Of a stretch of DNA of 64,000 nt, positions 63,501 through 64,000 are shown one piece after another. The position numbers were made by a program, and so were the translations under genes. The notes beneath the pieces are model-generated. The model did no database searches, was not told the origin of the DNA, and saw nothing but the letters and a program-made list of their open reading frames with translations. The stretch is taken from the NCBI RefSeq assembly GCF_964213995.1, contig NC_135824.1, positions 11,346,001 through 11,410,000 on the forward strand, in the 5' to 3' direction. Every line of letters starts with the position of its first letter. Positions within the stretch are counted from its first letter, which is position 1. Source of the DNA: Mustelus asterias (lineage: Eukaryota).

Positions 63501-64000
63501 TTAATCCCCAACTGAGTGTAAAGAACATAAATAAAAGATGAAATACTTATGCAGCTTTTGTACCCACTCTCTGCAGTAAGCTCTCCCAGATGAATAATAC
63601 TGCATACACCAAATGCATCAATATGTAAGAGTTGTCAGGGGGAGGAAAAAGTCATTTGTATTTTCTATTCTAAGATAAATGTGGGTTGACATAAATTGCA
63701 ATATAATAAAACTCAAATTATAGAGACAAACAGCTAAGTTGGAAGAAAATGTTCTGTGTGTGAAATGTGATTTTATAAAACAACTCTGAATTAAGGGTGT
63801 TTCAAAGTTTCTTTTTCTTATTTATAGATTTAATCTCCCAGTGTTTTGTTTAATGCAAAAAGTGAGTACAAAGAAATAAAATAACTTTCCAGCTTTGGCA
63901 GTCCAGCAGCAAGCACTCCCACCTCAGGCCAAATGCCCTGATCTGACTACCTGTTCATGGGAATGCCAATGGTTCTGTGGCACTACTCACAAAGAGATTT

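Noticed and set aside
63829-63860. Acceptor ttttcttatttatag as the next WDR93 exon
   Set aside because: Stop within 9 codons in the required phase and no similarity to the expected W-L-D/E-V-Y motif.

Overview
This is vertebrate genomic DNA, very likely a shark or other cartilaginous fish, judged from HE1-type V-SINEs, SacSINE1-like DeuSINEs and CR1/HER1-type LINE tails. It covers the conserved PLIN1-PEX11A-WDR93 gene block. On the minus strand are the first four coding exons of a perilipin in the PLIN1 position (remaining exons not found in the window) and a complete three-coding-exon PEX11A (249 aa). On the plus strand are the first four coding exons of WDR93, head-to-head with PEX11A across a CpG-rich promoter with an ETS site and an RFX X-box. 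Most of the remainder is transposon-derived, and nearly all ORFs in the supplied track are repeat-derived or spurious. The most notable observations are: (1) short Penelope-like inserts carrying minimal hammerhead ribozymes with covarying stems, target-site duplications (TSDs) and perfect fold-back arms; (2) a V-SINE family with two unrelated 3' tails, plus a deletion subfamily; (3) two Tx1-like LINE 3' ends stacked at one 14-nt target with identical 5' breakpoints, inside a solo LTR inside a Gypsy gag. Family names come from recalled sequence similarity, not a database search; repeat boundaries are approximate.
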